DNA of 64,000 nt, from positions 542,243-606,242 of the forward strand of contig CAKSAK010000001.1 of the NCBI GenBank assembly GCA_934435205.1. Direction: 5' to 3'. Positions 38,155 to 49,082 of this stretch are shown here, one piece after another. Origin of the DNA: an uncultured Ruminococcus sp. Its GTDB lineage: Bacteria > Bacillota > Clostridia > Oscillospirales > Ruminococcaceae. The position numbers were made by a program, and so were the translations under genes. The first letter of the stretch is position 1, and each line of letters opens with the position of its first letter. The notes beneath the pieces were generated by a model. The model saw nothing but the letters and a program-made list of their open reading frames with translations. It was not told the DNA's origin and did no database searches.

Positions 38155-40497
38155 TTAATGAGCTGTCACGTCTGAAAATTCTATGCCGACCTGCTTGCCC
38201 TCGTATGTTGCGGAATACTCGAACGTTGTGCCAACAACTGTCGCCTTGCCATTGCTGTCTATCTTGAGCTTGCACTTAGGAAGCTTCTGGATATAAAGCT
38301 GTTTTGTTTCGCCAGGATAGTTGTTGTCATATATCTGGAGGATATACTTTCTGTGGCAATCGGAATCCTGAATAAGTCCGATAGCGTTCACTGTATGAGT
38401 ATCGTCTATAGTTGTAACGACCGGTATGCCAAGGCTGAGCTGGTCTTCAAGCTTCTCAAAGCCCTTGCTGTCGTTGTTAAGGTTATACTCTGACGAAGAA
38501 TCGTCCCACTGGAGGGCGTTAAGTCTGTAGAGTGCCTTTGCGAACTCTGCGTCATTTGCTGAGTAGCCGCCTCTTATCTTGTCAATGCCGTTTGCTATAT
38601 CCATATCAAGCAGCTCGACCTTTTTCCAACGGAGATTGCCGCCTGATATTTTTGTAACGTTCTTTACCCAACCCTTGTTCTTGCTGTCATACTTATAGTC
38701 GTCATTAAGTGTGAGGATATCCCCTGTGCAGGAATAGTCGAGATACTTTGTAACGTCTGAGTATGTGCCTGCAAAAAGGTCTGAGGTTATCTTGCTAAGC
38801 GGCACTCTTTCGTCATACTGTTTGCCGAAGTCAGTTCCGCTTATGTCATAGCCTGCGGCATTCACCTTTATATCGCTCTTGTCTGACGGAGTGATATCCC
38901 CAAGAGAAGTCTTTACGTTTCCGAGATACCAATCTCTTGCCATAACAGCCATGCCGAAGTCAACGCTTGCGGTAGTTGTTGTTCTGAAATTCTTGAATGA
39001 GAAGCCGTTCACCTTTGGGTCAAAGCCTGTGTTGTATAGCGAATAACCTCTTACGTTATCGTCAGCGTTCGTGTATGTAACGATATCATAGTTCAGTGTA
39101 GTAACTATCTGCTTGTAAACGTCATTAAGAGCGTTTGCGTCGGAAGCTGAGTAATACTTTCCGCCCGTGGAATAAGCAAGCTCCTGAAGCCAGTCTCTGT
39201 CAACATCTCTGCCAAGACCAACTGTGAGAACTATTATGTCCTTATCCTTTGCGGTATTTGCAAGGCTTGAAACGCTTGCAGGGTTCGACTCGTCAGACTC
39301 GCCGTCTGTGAGCATTACTATGATATTTCTGTATTTTCCACCGGAAGTTGCCTTGAACTCGTCCATGCACTTTTTAAGAGCCGTCTGGCTGTGAGTGCCG
39401 TTAAATATCTCTTCCTCAGACTTTATCTTATCCAGAGCTTCCGTAAGCTTCGTCTTATCATCAGTGAAATCTACCATCTTTTTGTAGCTTCCTGTGAACT
39501 TGCAAATGCCGACCTGATAGTGGCTCTCAAACTTGTCGATAAGATTCTTTGCAAATTCAAGACGCTTGAAGTCAACGTCATTCTCAGAAGAAGTTACACA
39601 CTGCTCCTTTGGATACATAGAGCCGGAGTTATCAACAAGGAAGCAGATCCTTGTTGTGGCTTCATCATTTACAGTTTTCTCAACGCCTACCACATAAGTG
39701 CCAAGCTCTGTAAGAGAAGCAGAAACTGTCTTTTTGCTCTTGTCTGCCTTTGAATCCACCTTTGTATAAAGGGTCGAGCGTGAATCAAATCTCAGCACTG
39801 TAAGGTCATCAAATGAATATCCCATTTTACTCAGCTTTGCAGAGTCAATATCAAAAGTTATCTTTGCCGAGTTGAACTTATAGTCGGAATAAGCGTCATA
39901 AGCCTTTGTGACGATACTTGCATTTGAAGAGATACCAAAGAGGTCAAGCTCAACCAGGGTCGCACTGGCAGCGTTTGCGTCGCCCTTTATTTCAAGGCGG
40001 CAGTCCCCTGCATTTTTTTCCACTGTAAGCTCTCTTTGGGCGTCATTGGTTTTTCCGTCAGACTTTGACTCTCTCGGATTTGTACCTGCCATAAGCTCAT
40101 AGCCGTCAAGAAGACCGTCGCCGTCAGTATCGGCTTCAAGAGGGTTGGTGCCGAGCTTTATCTCATCGCCGTCGCTTATTCCGTCATTGTCAGTATCCTC
40201 GCTTTGAAGATTAGTGCCGTGACGTGTTTCATCGGCATTCTTTATGCCGTCGCCGTCCCAGTCCTGATCGTCAGAAAACTCAGACTCCTTGAAGGTGGTG
40301 CTTATATCAAGCTTTGTTATGACCGATTTCGCCATGGCGATACGGTTATTTTCCCTTATTTTCAGACCCACGATAACACAGGCAGCCACAAGGAACGCAA
40401 GCACTATACACAGCACCAGCAGTGCTATCTTCTTTTTGCGCTTTCCTCTGTTCATGCTCTGAACAAAATCATTCGTATCAGAAAAATTCGCTTTCAT
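38155..40497 (-). CDS. Membrane-anchored VWA-domain protein with thrombospondin-type-3-like Ca-binding repeats
   Basis: N-terminal TM helix. Repeated DxDxDG motifs (DTDNDGISDGDE, DTDGDGLLDG). VWA MIDAS motif FLVDNSGSM. 780 aa. Confidence 0.7.
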   Translation of the reverse strand: MKANFSDTNDFVQSMNRGKRKKKIALLVLCIVLAFLVAACVIVGLKIRENNRIAMAKSVITKLDISTTFKESEFSDDQDWDGDGIKNADETRHGTNLQSEDTDNDGISDGDEIKLGTNPLEADTDGDGLLDGYELMAGTNPRESKSDGKTNDAQRELTVEKNAGDCRLEIKGDANAASATLVELDLFGISSNASIVTKAYDAYSDYKFNSAKITFDIDSAKLSKMGYSFDDLTVLRFDSRSTLYTKVDSKADKSKKTVSASLTELGTYVVGVEKTVNDEATTRICFLVDNSGSMYPKEQCVTSSENDVDFKRLEFAKNLIDKFESHYQVGICKFTGSYKKMVDFTDDKTKLTEALDKIKSEEEIFNGTHSQTALKKCMDEFKATSGGKYRNIIVMLTDGESDESNPASVSSLANTAKDKDIIVLTVGLGRDVDRDWLQELAYSTGGKYYSASDANALNDVYKQIVTTLNYDIVTYTNADDNVRGYSLYNTGFDPKVNGFSFKNFRTTTTASVDFGMAVMARDWYLGNVKTSLGDITPSDKSDIKVNAAGYDISGTDFGKQYDERVPLSKITSDLFAGTYSDVTKYLDYSCTGDILTLNDDYKYDSKNKGWVKNVTKISGGNLRWKKVELLDMDIANGIDKIRGGYSANDAEFAKALYRLNALQWDDSSSEYNLNNDSKGFEKLEDQLSLGIPVVTTIDDTHTVNAIGLIQDSDCHRKYILQIYDNNYPGETKQLYIQKLPKCKLKIDSNGKATVVGTTFEYSATYEGKQVGIEFSDVTAH

Positions 40498-40750
40498 AAA
40501 AATTAATTCCCCTTATCAGATCACATATTTCACGATATTAATATTTTAGCATATATGTACCTCTTTTGCAAGTAAAATAGCCTAGAATAATTCACAAAAT
40601 AAACTGTTCTTTTTTGTTTACAAACAGTATATTTTACCAAAATATTAACAAGATAATTCTTTTATTATTAGCTTAAAATAATTTAAAACTTTCTTTTTCC
40701 GCAAAAAAAAGGAACAGCCCCTCTCGGAGCTGCCCTTTGGTATAATACTA

Positions 40751-43372
40751 TCACTCTTCTGTAACAGTATTATAAATAACGTTCACAACGAAGTCCTTGT
40801 CATAATCTACCTGCAAGATAGAATCAGGCTCAAGCTCGTCTGCGATGATCTTCTTTGCGATAAGAGTTTCGATACGTCTCTGGATAAACCTCTTGAGAGG
40901 TCTTGCACCGAAGTTCTGATCGTAGCCCTGATTTACGATAGCTTCCTTAGCGGCGTCTGTTACCTCTATGCTGAGCCTCTTGTCTTCAAGACGCTTGCCA
41001 AGCTCTGCGAGCATAAGGTCAACTATCTTGTATATCTCCGTCTTCATAAGAGGCTTGTAGTAGATTATATCGTCAAGTCTGTTAAGGAACTCAGGTCTGA
41101 ACTGCTGTTTCAGCAGAGCGTCCACCTTGTCTTTAGCTTCCTGAGATATCTCGCCCTCAGGTGTGATACCCTCGAGGATATAAGGCGAACCAAGGTTTGA
41201 AGTAAGGATTATGATAGTGTTCTTGAAGTCAACCGTCCTGCCCTGTGAGTCTGTGATACGTCCGTCGTCAAGCACCTGCAAAAGGATATTGAAAACGTCA
41301 GGGTGAGCCTTTTCGATCTCGTCAAGAAGAACTACTGAATAAGGCTTTCTCCTTACAGCCTCAGTGAGCTGACCGCCCTCCTCATAGCCTACATATCCCG
41401 GAGGCGCTCCGATAAGACGGCTTACGCTGAATTTCTCCATGTATTCCGACATATCTATACGAACGATGTTGTTCTCATCGTCAAACAAAGCCTGCGCAAG
41501 TGTTTTTGCAAGCTCTGTTTTACCAACACCTGTAGGGCCAAGGAACAGGAACGAACCTATCGGCTGATTTGGATTTGCGATACCTGCACGGGATCTCATG
41601 ATAGCCTCAGACACACGCTCCACAGCTTCGTCCTGACCGATAACTCTCTCGTGAAGGATATCAGGCAGGTGAAGAAGCTTCTCACGCTCGCCCTCCATAA
41701 GCTTTGCAACAGGGATACCTGTCCAGCGGCAGATTATCCTTGCGATCTCTTCCTCTGTTACCTTATCTCTTAGCAGAGTGTTCTTTGTCTTTGACTTCTC
41801 TGCCTTTTCTTCTTCCTCGGCAAGCTGCTTCTGCAAGTCAGCCATCCTGCCGTATTTCAGCTCTGCAAGCTTGTTAAGGTCATATTCACGCTCTGCTCTC
41901 TCGATATCCTTTGAGCACTGCTCAATATCCTCACGGAGCTTCTGCACCTTAGAGATAGCAGACTTCTCGTTCTCCCATTTAGCTTTCATCTCATTGAACT
42001 GCTCACGCATTTCTGAAAGCTCTTTCTGCACCTCATGGAGATGCTCAACTGCAAGCTTGTCAGTTTCCTTTTTAAGCACAGTTTCCTCTATCTCGTGCTG
42101 GAGTATCTTACGTCTTATCTCATCAAGCTCGGTAGGCATTGAGTCCATTTCCGTTCTGATGAGGGCGCAAGCCTCGTCCACAAGGTCGATAGCCTTATCA
42201 GGGAGAAATCTGTCTGTGATATATCTGTTTGAAAGAACAGCCGCCGCAATAAGCGCCTGATCCTGAATTTTTACGCCGTGGAAAACTTCATATCTCTCTT
42301 TCAGACCACGGAGTATAGAAATAGTATCCTCAACTGTCGGCTCGTCAACCATAACAGGCTGGAAACGTCTTTCAAGAGCGGCGTCCTTTTCGATATACTG
42401 ACGGTACTCGTTAAGAGTCGTTGCACCGATACAATGGAGTTCGCCCCTTGCAAGCATAGGTTTGAGCAGGTTGCCTGCGTCCATTGCGCCGTCTGACTTG
42501 CCTGCGCCAACAATATTGTGAAGCTCATCTATAAAGAGTATAATCCTGCCCTCAGACTTCTTTATCTCCTCAACGACAGCCTTGAATCTTTCCTCGAACT
42601 CGCCTCTGTATTTTGCGCCTGCGATAAGCGCACCCATATCAAGTGAGAAAACCTGTCTGTCTTTCAGGCTGTCAGGCACATCTCCGCTGACGATACGCTG
42701 AGCAAGACCCTCCGCAATGGCGGTCTTACCAACGCCAGGCTCACCGATAAGGCAAGGATTGTTCTTTGTCTTTCTTGAAAGTATCCTTATAACGTTTCTT
42801 ATCTCGCTGTCTCTGCCGATAACAGGGTCAAGCTTGTTCTGTCTTGCAAGCTCCACAAGATCCTGACCGTATTTTTTCAGCACGTCATAGGTTTCCTCAG
42901 GGTTCTGGCTCGTTACCTGAGCGTTTCCTCTTACAGTCTGGAGAACTTTCAGAAACTTTGTTTTTGTCACGCCAAAGGTCTTGAAGATCTCTTTCACTGC
43001 GCTGTTAGGGCTGTCCATTATGCCCATAACAAGATGTTCAACTGAAACGTATTCGTCCTTCATTCTTGAAGCTTCCGACTCAGCTTCTGCAAAAGCCTTG
43101 TCAAGGTCGCTTGAAATATATACAGAGTCCTGCGCACGTCCGCCTACCTGAACCTTAGGTATATCGTTGACCGCTCTTGTGAGAGCCGCTTCGATATTTT
43201 CAGGGGCGATATCCATTTTTACAAAAAGCTGCGGCACAAGACCGTTTTCCTGTGAAAGCAAAGCCAACAGCAAGTGCTGCTGGTCAACAGCCTGATTTGA
43301 GTTTCTTGAGGCAATGCTCTGCGCTTCCTGCAAAGCTTCCAATGATTTCTGTGTCAATTTCTGAGCGTTCAT
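40751..43372 (-). CDS. clpB: ATP-dependent chaperone ClpB
   Basis: Two AAA+ modules (GEPGVGKT and GPTGVGKT) with a long coiled-coil M-domain between them. 873 aa. Confidence 0.95.
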   Translation of the reverse strand: MNAQKLTQKSLEALQEAQSIASRNSNQAVDQQHLLLALLSQENGLVPQLFVKMDIAPENIEAALTRAVNDIPKVQVGGRAQDSVYISSDLDKAFAEAESEASRMKDEYVSVEHLVMGIMDSPNSAVKEIFKTFGVTKTKFLKVLQTVRGNAQVTSQNPEETYDVLKKYGQDLVELARQNKLDPVIGRDSEIRNVIRILSRKTKNNPCLIGEPGVGKTAIAEGLAQRIVSGDVPDSLKDRQVFSLDMGALIAGAKYRGEFEERFKAVVEEIKKSEGRIILFIDELHNIVGAGKSDGAMDAGNLLKPMLARGELHCIGATTLNEYRQYIEKDAALERRFQPVMVDEPTVEDTISILRGLKERYEVFHGVKIQDQALIAAAVLSNRYITDRFLPDKAIDLVDEACALIRTEMDSMPTELDEIRRKILQHEIEETVLKKETDKLAVEHLHEVQKELSEMREQFNEMKAKWENEKSAISKVQKLREDIEQCSKDIERAEREYDLNKLAELKYGRMADLQKQLAEEEEKAEKSKTKNTLLRDKVTEEEIARIICRWTGIPVAKLMEGEREKLLHLPDILHERVIGQDEAVERVSEAIMRSRAGIANPNQPIGSFLFLGPTGVGKTELAKTLAQALFDDENNIVRIDMSEYMEKFSVSRLIGAPPGYVGYEEGGQLTEAVRRKPYSVVLLDEIEKAHPDVFNILLQVLDDGRITDSQGRTVDFKNTIIILTSNLGSPYILEGITPEGEISQEAKDKVDALLKQQFRPEFLNRLDDIIYYKPLMKTEIYKIVDLMLAELGKRLEDKRLSIEVTDAAKEAIVNQGYDQNFGARPLKRFIQRRIETLIAKKIIADELEPDSILQVDYDKDFVVNVIYNTVTEE

Positions 43373-43439
43373 AAAATTACCTCCCTTATCATCTTAAAAA
43401 GATATATGCTCACAGCAGGCGGAATGCTCCGCCCACCGC

Positions 43440-44135
43440 TTAAAGAACGACAACGCCTTTTTTCAGATATCTTTCATACATTTCGGACACCTTTCTTACC
43501 GCCGTTTCAGGCTGTGCGGCGTTGTCAAAGTAAAGCTGAATACAACTGTCCATACAGCTTATATAATCACCGATAGCGTTCGCTATATCCTCGTCGGTCA
43601 GCTCCGACTGAGGCGGTGCGTAAAAATCTCTTGTAAATCTTCCCTCGGCTGTTTCATAAGGCACGCCAGTAGTGAAAAGATATGAAAGATATTTTTCTTC
43701 GAGCCTTGCCCACAGCTTAAAAAAGCTGTCAAGCATTGAAATGAGCTGTGTGCTTTGGGTTCTGAAAGACACTTTCAGCCTGCCCACTTTACCATGAAAA
43801 TCACGGCTCAGCTCTATGCTGTATCGTATAGTCGGCTTATATTTGTATCTCAGAGGACTTTTTATAGACATCATAGCGTCAGAGGGCTGATTAAGGGTCT
43901 GAAACCTGCTGTCCATAAGCTGTTCTATTTTAGCAAATATCTCACGCATTCTTTTTTCAGGGGTCAAAAGCTGGACACGCTCTGCCAAGATCTGATTTAT
44001 CAGATTTGAACGGCTTGTATTCATTGAATACGCCAGCCTGTCGATAGCCTCCACCACATCGTCTGCAAGCACCAGACTATACACGCTCTTGTTCACTTTG
44101 CTCTCAGTCCTTTCTTTAAGGCGTTCCCATATCAT
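43440..44135 (-). CDS. Ribbon-helix-helix (CopG/Arc-like) domain protein with a C-terminal domain of unknown function
   Basis: N-terminal beta-strand plus two helices: SVYSLVLADDVVEAIDRLAYSMNTSRSNLINQILAERV. 231 aa. Confidence 0.5.
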   Translation of the reverse strand: MIWERLKERTESKVNKSVYSLVLADDVVEAIDRLAYSMNTSRSNLINQILAERVQLLTPEKRMREIFAKIEQLMDSRFQTLNQPSDAMMSIKSPLRYKYKPTIRYSIELSRDFHGKVGRLKVSFRTQSTQLISMLDSFFKLWARLEEKYLSYLFTTGVPYETAEGRFTRDFYAPPQSELTDEDIANAIGDYISCMDSCIQLYFDNAAQPETAVRKVSEMYERYLKKGVVVL

Positions 44136-44271
44136 ATGGCGTTGCCTTTTATCACTGTACTTATTATACCACGTTCTAATAACTTGTCAATAGGATTATA
44201 TAATTTTAATTGCGAATTATATAGATGCACAATAGAATGTATGTTCTTCACCTCTAATTTGTGCAGTTTTA

Positions 44272-44300
44272 TTGAAAACTCGTCAAAAGTGTGATATAAT
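44272..44300 (+). promoter_or_regulatory. Consensus sigma-A promoter for the HAD hydrolase gene
   Basis: TTGAAA, 17-nt spacer, TATAAT. Confidence 0.55.
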
Positions 44301-44332
44301 AGCAGATACAAAGTTGGAAAGGCGTGATAAAA

Positions 44333-44986
44333 ATGCTCAAAGGCGTTATATTTGATATGGACGGACTAATGATAGATACGGAAAAGCTGCTCACAAGGTT
44401 TTGGTGCGAGGCAGCGAATTATTACGGCTATCCAATGACAAAGGAACACGTTCTGGGCATACGCTCTCTTGCGGCGAAGTATGCTATTCCACATCTGAAG
44501 GGCATTTTCGGAGAGGATTTTGATTACTACAAAGTCCGTGGAAAGCGTATCGAGCTTATGAACGAGTTTATCAGGCAAAACGGTATCGAAAAGAAAAAAG
44601 GGCTTGATGAGCTTCTTGACTATCTTGACAGCACAGGGCTGAAAAAAGCCGTTGCCACCGCCACCGACCTACAGCGCACCACGCTCTATCTCAGCTCTAT
44701 AAATATCATTGACAGATTTGACAAGCTTATCTGCGGAAACATGATAGAAAACGGCAAGCCTGCCCCTGACATTTATCTCACCGCCGCAAAGGAGCTTGGT
44801 CTTGACCCCAGCGAGTGCATTGCCCTTGAGGACTCACCAAACGGCATACGCTCCGCCCACGCCGCAGGCTGTAAGCCTGTTATGATACCAGACCTTTCAC
44901 AGCCTGACGAGGAAACAAAAAAGCTTCTGTACGCCTGCTGTGATGACCTTTCCAAGGTCATTGGGGTGATACAAAAGCTTGTATAA
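44333..44986 (+). CDS. HAD-IA family hydrolase (beta-phosphoglucomutase-like)
   Basis: Motif I VIFDMDG; motif IV near EDSPNG. Start 10 nt after GGAAAGG. Confidence 0.8.
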   Translation: MLKGVIFDMDGLMIDTEKLLTRFWCEAANYYGYPMTKEHVLGIRSLAAKYAIPHLKGIFGEDFDYYKVRGKRIELMNEFIRQNGIEKKKGLDELLDYLDSTGLKKAVATATDLQRTTLYLSSINIIDRFDKLICGNMIENGKPAPDIYLTAAKELGLDPSECIALEDSPNGIRSAHAAGCKPVMIPDLSQPDEETKKLLYACCDDLSKVIGVIQKLV

Positions 44987-45000
44987 TAAATGCCAATTCA

Positions 45001-45129
45001 TGTAGGGGAGCGGTGCAATTTCTGCTTTGCAGAAATACGACGTCCCGTTCGGAGAGTTTCAACGTTTAGCTTATCACAAATTTGCGTAGACGAACAAAGA
45101 CGGGCGAACACTGTTCGCCCCTATATTTA
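45001..45129. repeat. Composite repeat: second module (TGTAGGGGAGCGG...CAGAAATACGACGTCCCG) plus REP copy
   Basis: REP copy GACGGGCGAACACTGTTCGCCCCTATA at 45100-45126. Module 2 at 45001-45052 is shared with 50310-50355. Confidence 0.65.
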
Positions 45130-45138
45130 CAAACCATA

Positions 45139-45181
45139 AAAAAAATGCGGATACCTCCACGAGATATCCGCATTTATTTTT
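45139..45181. terminator. Bidirectional rho-independent terminator
   Basis: A8, AATGCGGATA...TATCCGCATT 10-bp stem, T7. Lies between convergent HAD and carboxypeptidase genes. Confidence 0.75.
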
Positions 45182-45193
45182 TATCCTATCTAA

Positions 45194-46327
45194 TTAATCC
45201 TCGACCTCAGAAACAGAAGACGTGTCAGTGTCCGTCTTGCTGTCCTTGTCTTTACTATCAGAAGCCTTGCCGCCCAGATACTTTTCGTAAATAGCTATCT
45301 GATCCTCAACAGATTTAAGCTCGTCCTTAGACTTTGTTGTAACACAAATGTATGTGTGTCCGTTATCATCAAGTATAGTTGAAAGGGTGTACTTTGCTTC
45401 GTCAGTGAAGCCTGTCTTTCCGCCCTCGATGCTTATGCCGTCGTCAGCTTTGCCGTCACCGTCACAATCCACATAATAGCCTTCAATTCTCTGTGCAACA
45501 ATGCTTGTAAGCTCGATACCGTCCTTGTGCTGTTTTGTCTTTGAAGTTGTGTACTTTGTTGCTGTGAGCACTTCACGGCAAGTTTCGTTATCCATAGCCG
45601 CCTTTGTGATAACTGCGATATCCTGCGCTGTGGAATAATGATTTTTGTTGTGCAGACCGCTTGCATTCACAAACTTCGTGCCAGTAAGACCAAGCTCCTG
45701 GATCTTAGCGTTCATAAGCTCAACGAACTTCTCCTCTGAGCCTGCAACTGCGTTTGCAAGACCTGTTGTGCCGTCAGCACCGCTCACAAGGATAGCTGAA
45801 TAAAGCAGGTCTTTCATTGTAACAGTTTCCCCGGCTTCAAAGCCTGCTCTTGATGCGTTGTCCTCGATAAGCGGGTCGATATCATCACTTGTGAACTTAT
45901 ATGTAGCGTCCATATCCTGAATGTTCTCTGCGGCTACAAGAAGCGTAAGCATCTTTGTAAGAGAAGCAGGATATACCTTTTTCTCGTAATTATAACCTGC
46001 AACTATCTCATTAGTGTCAGCGTCAACAAGTATAGCTGTGTTTGCTGTCATACCCTTTATATTTATATCCTGATAATTTGCAGACTTCACAGGATAATTG
46101 CTCACAGGCTCTTCCACAACTGATGAAAGGTCGTCAACCTCTGAAACCTCCTCAGAAGAGCTTTCCTCCGGTTTGCTGTCTACCTTGACAACTGCGTCTG
46201 CCACCTTGCTTGCCTGAATGGTATATCTTCCTGTTACCACCAGTGCCGCCGAGCCGACAGCCACAAGCATTATAACTATAAGCACAGCAACTATAGCCGC
46301 GCCGCCCTTTTTGTTTGTCCTCTTCAT
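45194..46327 (-). CDS. dacB: D-alanyl-D-alanine carboxypeptidase (S11 serine peptidase)
   Basis: N-terminal TM/signal segment. SxxK active site ASLTKMLT, SGxD and KTG motifs. Confidence 0.8.
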   Translation of the reverse strand: MKRTNKKGGAAIVAVLIVIMLVAVGSAALVVTGRYTIQASKVADAVVKVDSKPEESSSEEVSEVDDLSSVVEEPVSNYPVKSANYQDINIKGMTANTAILVDADTNEIVAGYNYEKKVYPASLTKMLTLLVAAENIQDMDATYKFTSDDIDPLIEDNASRAGFEAGETVTMKDLLYSAILVSGADGTTGLANAVAGSEEKFVELMNAKIQELGLTGTKFVNASGLHNKNHYSTAQDIAVITKAAMDNETCREVLTATKYTTSKTKQHKDGIELTSIVAQRIEGYYVDCDGDGKADDGISIEGGKTGFTDEAKYTLSTILDDNGHTYICVTTKSKDELKSVEDQIAIYEKYLGGKASDSKDKDSKTDTDTSSVSEVED

Positions 46328-46353
46328 TTTTACAACAATTCCTTTCCTAGTGC

Positions 46354-46809
46354 TTATACTGCACCTATCTCCTCTTTTTCTTCCTTATGACCATATTTCG
46401 CTTCATACTCGTTAAGAGTATCGTGACAATATTTAAGTATATCTCTTCTCGTCACGATACCTATAAAAACTTCCCTGTCATCAATAACAGGCACAAAGTT
46501 CTGATCCATTGAAAGAAGTATCAGATCCTCGATAGTAGAATAAACATAGACGGGTTTCATTCTAACACGCCTTGTTATCTCGCTTATCTTATATTTTTCC
46601 AGCTCACGCATATCCTGAATGCCATTGTTGAGCATAAACCACAGAAAGTCGCCCTCTGCAAGTGTCTTTACATATCTGCCCTCACGGTCGATAACAGGCA
46701 CAGCGGTGAAGCTGTGATTTTTCATTTTTTCAAGAGCCTGCCTTGCTGTGTTGTCATCATAGACAAAATCCACGCAAGCCTTCGGCTTCAAAAACTTTAG
46801 TATATTCAT
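46354..46809 (-). CDS. CBS-domain pair protein
   Basis: Two CBS motifs, ...FTAVPVIDREGRYVKTL and ...NFVPVIDDREVFIGIVTRRDIL. Confidence 0.75.
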   Translation of the reverse strand: MNILKFLKPKACVDFVYDDNTARQALEKMKNHSFTAVPVIDREGRYVKTLAEGDFLWFMLNNGIQDMRELEKYKISEITRRVRMKPVYVYSTIEDLILLSMDQNFVPVIDDREVFIGIVTRRDILKYCHDTLNEYEAKYGHKEEKEEIGAV

Positions 46810-46963
46810 TTTTTATATATCCTCTTGTAAGCATACGTTTTTTTGTGCAGTAAAGACCGCACCTATAATTATACCAAAAAAACGCATACAAGTAAAGCAT
46901 AGAGAGGGCATTTTACGCCCTGCGTTTTCAACAAATCTCCACGCTGAAATTGTGCATTTTGAC

Positions 46964-47863
46964 TTACTGCTGTGCAGGCTTGAAGCCGTATGTGTAAACA
47001 AGGCTCACAAAGCTGTCATAGGATATAGTCTTAAGATCGTCCGTCTGATATCCTCCTGCGCTGAGATCGTCTGTTGTAACGCCTGCTTTGTTGAAGATAC
47101 CCTGACAATAGCCAAGCCTCTGATCCTCGGACATACTGTCAAAATCAACAAGACTTGTCGCCTGAGAAACGTCAAACAGGCTGTCGTCAGCGTCCCCCGA
47201 AAGCTCGTCAACAGTGTATTCTGAAACTTTATCATCTGAGCCTTCAACAGTAAAGGTCTGCGTGTATTTTTTTAAGCTTCCGTCAGATCTATCAAAATAC
47301 AGGTCGATAACAGTAATGTATGTGTCGCCCGTATATGTGTACTCCTCGATATCGAAATCATCAGCCTCATCACCGTTTATATGACCATAAGTTCTCGGCA
47401 GATTCTGCTTTACTATGCTTTCTATAACGCCGTCAAGCTCCGTCACGTCAGACTTGTGATAAACACCGGTCACGTTATCGTAATCATAGCTCACTCCGTC
47501 AACAGAGATAAAACCGCTGGTGCCTATATCCGATGTGACTTTCAGATAGATGTTTCCGCCCTTTTTGGCTCTTACTACCTCCTGCTTTGAGCCGTCGGCT
47601 TCTGTGCAGGTCGTTTTCAGAGTGTAGTCACCGTCAAAGATCGCAGCGGTTTTTGTAATAAGCTCACCTTGCTCGTTCACTACCTTACTATCCGCATCAC
47701 TCTCGTCACCCTTGCTGTCCTCAGACTTTTCGCTGTCGGCTGTTGAAACGTTCGCCTTGCTCTCTGTGGCAGAAGAGCTGTCCTTACTATCCTTTGAACA
47801 GCCCGCCGCACACAAGCATACCACGCAAGCGCAGAGAGCCGCACATATTTTCTTTATATCCAT
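46964..47863 (-). CDS. Hypothetical lipoprotein
   Basis: Lipobox CAAGCS. Acidic low-complexity N-region. AAAGGA RBS. Confidence 0.5.
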   Translation of the reverse strand: MDIKKICAALCACVVCLCAAGCSKDSKDSSSATESKANVSTADSEKSEDSKGDESDADSKVVNEQGELITKTAAIFDGDYTLKTTCTEADGSKQEVVRAKKGGNIYLKVTSDIGTSGFISVDGVSYDYDNVTGVYHKSDVTELDGVIESIVKQNLPRTYGHINGDEADDFDIEEYTYTGDTYITVIDLYFDRSDGSLKKYTQTFTVEGSDDKVSEYTVDELSGDADDSLFDVSQATSLVDFDSMSEDQRLGYCQGIFNKAGVTTDDLSAGGYQTDDLKTISYDSFVSLVYTYGFKPAQQ

Positions 47864-48146
47864 ATGTAAATATCCTTTCAGACTATGTACTATATTTGTT
47901 TTTCAAGGCAATATTGCCCTTAACATTATACACCCCTCAAACTTTTATGTCAAGAGATAAGGCGAAGCGTAATGATCGGTGCATTATTTGCTTTTTTACC
48001 TTATTTACGCACATAAAAGTACAAAAATCTACTATCAATGTATACTGTGAGTTCATGCTTTTTTCACAAAAGTCTGATATACTATTTGGGTATTCTGACG
48101 AAAGAACACCCAAAGAAGTAAAATATATGTGAAAGAGGAAGTAAAA

Positions 48147-49076
48147 ATGGAAGCAGGTCTGATAATCGGAAACCAGATAATAATAATGTTCATTATCCTT
48201 ATTATAGGCGCATTTTGCTATTTAAAAGGGATAATCACAAAGGACGGCACAAAACAGCTGTCCTCATTCGCACTGAATATAATCAATCCTGTGCTTATAT
48301 TCATGTCCTATCAGTCAAAATATGACAAGACCCTTGTGCATGGTCTGCTGTGGTCGTTTCTGCTGTCGGCGATATCCTATGCAGTGACTATTTTGCTCAC
48401 CTATGTTCTCATAAGAAAAAAGACTCCCGACCTTGCGGTGGAGCGTGTTTCGTCAATATATTCAAACTGCGCATTCATGTGCATACCCCTTATAAACGGC
48501 ATTTACGGCTCAGAGGGCGTTTTGTATCTCACAGCCTATCTTACGTTCTTCAACGTCCTTATCTGGACCCACGGACTTATGACAATGAAAGGCGAGCGTG
48601 ACTTTTCTTCTCTTGTGAAAGCCCTTATCTCCCCGTCAGTTATAGCCGTTGTGGTGGGTCTTATTTGCTATCTTACAAATATCAGACTGCCGAAAGTTCC
48701 TGCAACAGCTTTGCAGTACATAGCAGATATGAACACGCCTATCGCCATGGTGATAGCAGGTGCAACAGCCGCACAGACCAACGTTTTGAAAGCCCTTCAA
48801 AACCGCCGTATCTACTACGTTTCACTGTGCAAGCTCATAATACTCCCTGTGGCAGGCTTCCTTGCAACGTGGATACTTGATCCTCCTCCAATAGTTCTTA
48901 TGACAGTTACCATAGCCGCCGCCTGCCCTGCCGCAACCATGTGTACAATGTTCGCTGTAAATCTTGACAAAAACCCTAAGACCGCTTCTGAGATCTTTAC
49001 TGTCACCACTATCCTCAGCGCAGTGACCCTGCCGCTTATAACTATCTTCGCAGACAAACTCACTTATCATCTTTAA
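48147..49076 (+). CDS. AEC-family (auxin efflux carrier / malate permease-like) transporter
   Basis: About 10 TM helices. Start at MEAGLII, 5 nt after AGAGGAAG. Confidence 0.75.
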   Translation: MEAGLIIGNQIIIMFIILIIGAFCYLKGIITKDGTKQLSSFALNIINPVLIFMSYQSKYDKTLVHGLLWSFLLSAISYAVTILLTYVLIRKKTPDLAVERVSSIYSNCAFMCIPLINGIYGSEGVLYLTAYLTFFNVLIWTHGLMTMKGERDFSSLVKALISPSVIAVVVGLICYLTNIRLPKVPATALQYIADMNTPIAMVIAGATAAQTNVLKALQNRRIYYVSLCKLIILPVAGFLATWILDPPPIVLMTVTIAAACPAATMCTMFAVNLDKNPKTASEIFTVTTILSAVTLPLITIFADKLTYHL

Positions 49077-49082
49077 CAGCAA

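Noticed and set aside
8045-40497. MoxR AAA+ ATPase (8045) plus VWA protein (38155) as a functional MoxR-VWA pair
   Set aside because: The genes are 30 kb apart with about 25 unrelated genes between them. The VWA protein is an extracytoplasmic membrane-anchored protein, unlike cytoplasmic MoxR partners.
40700-40745. Terminator hairpin downstream of clpB
   Set aside because: Only a 4-bp CAGC/GCTG complementarity could be found before the T-rich tract, which is too weak to call.
43418-43433. GGCGGAATGCTCCGCC hairpin as a classic rho-independent terminator for the RHH gene
   Set aside because: The stem is only 6 bp and the nearest T run is about 15 nt away. It is kept as a possible operator or weak terminator, not called as a terminator feature.
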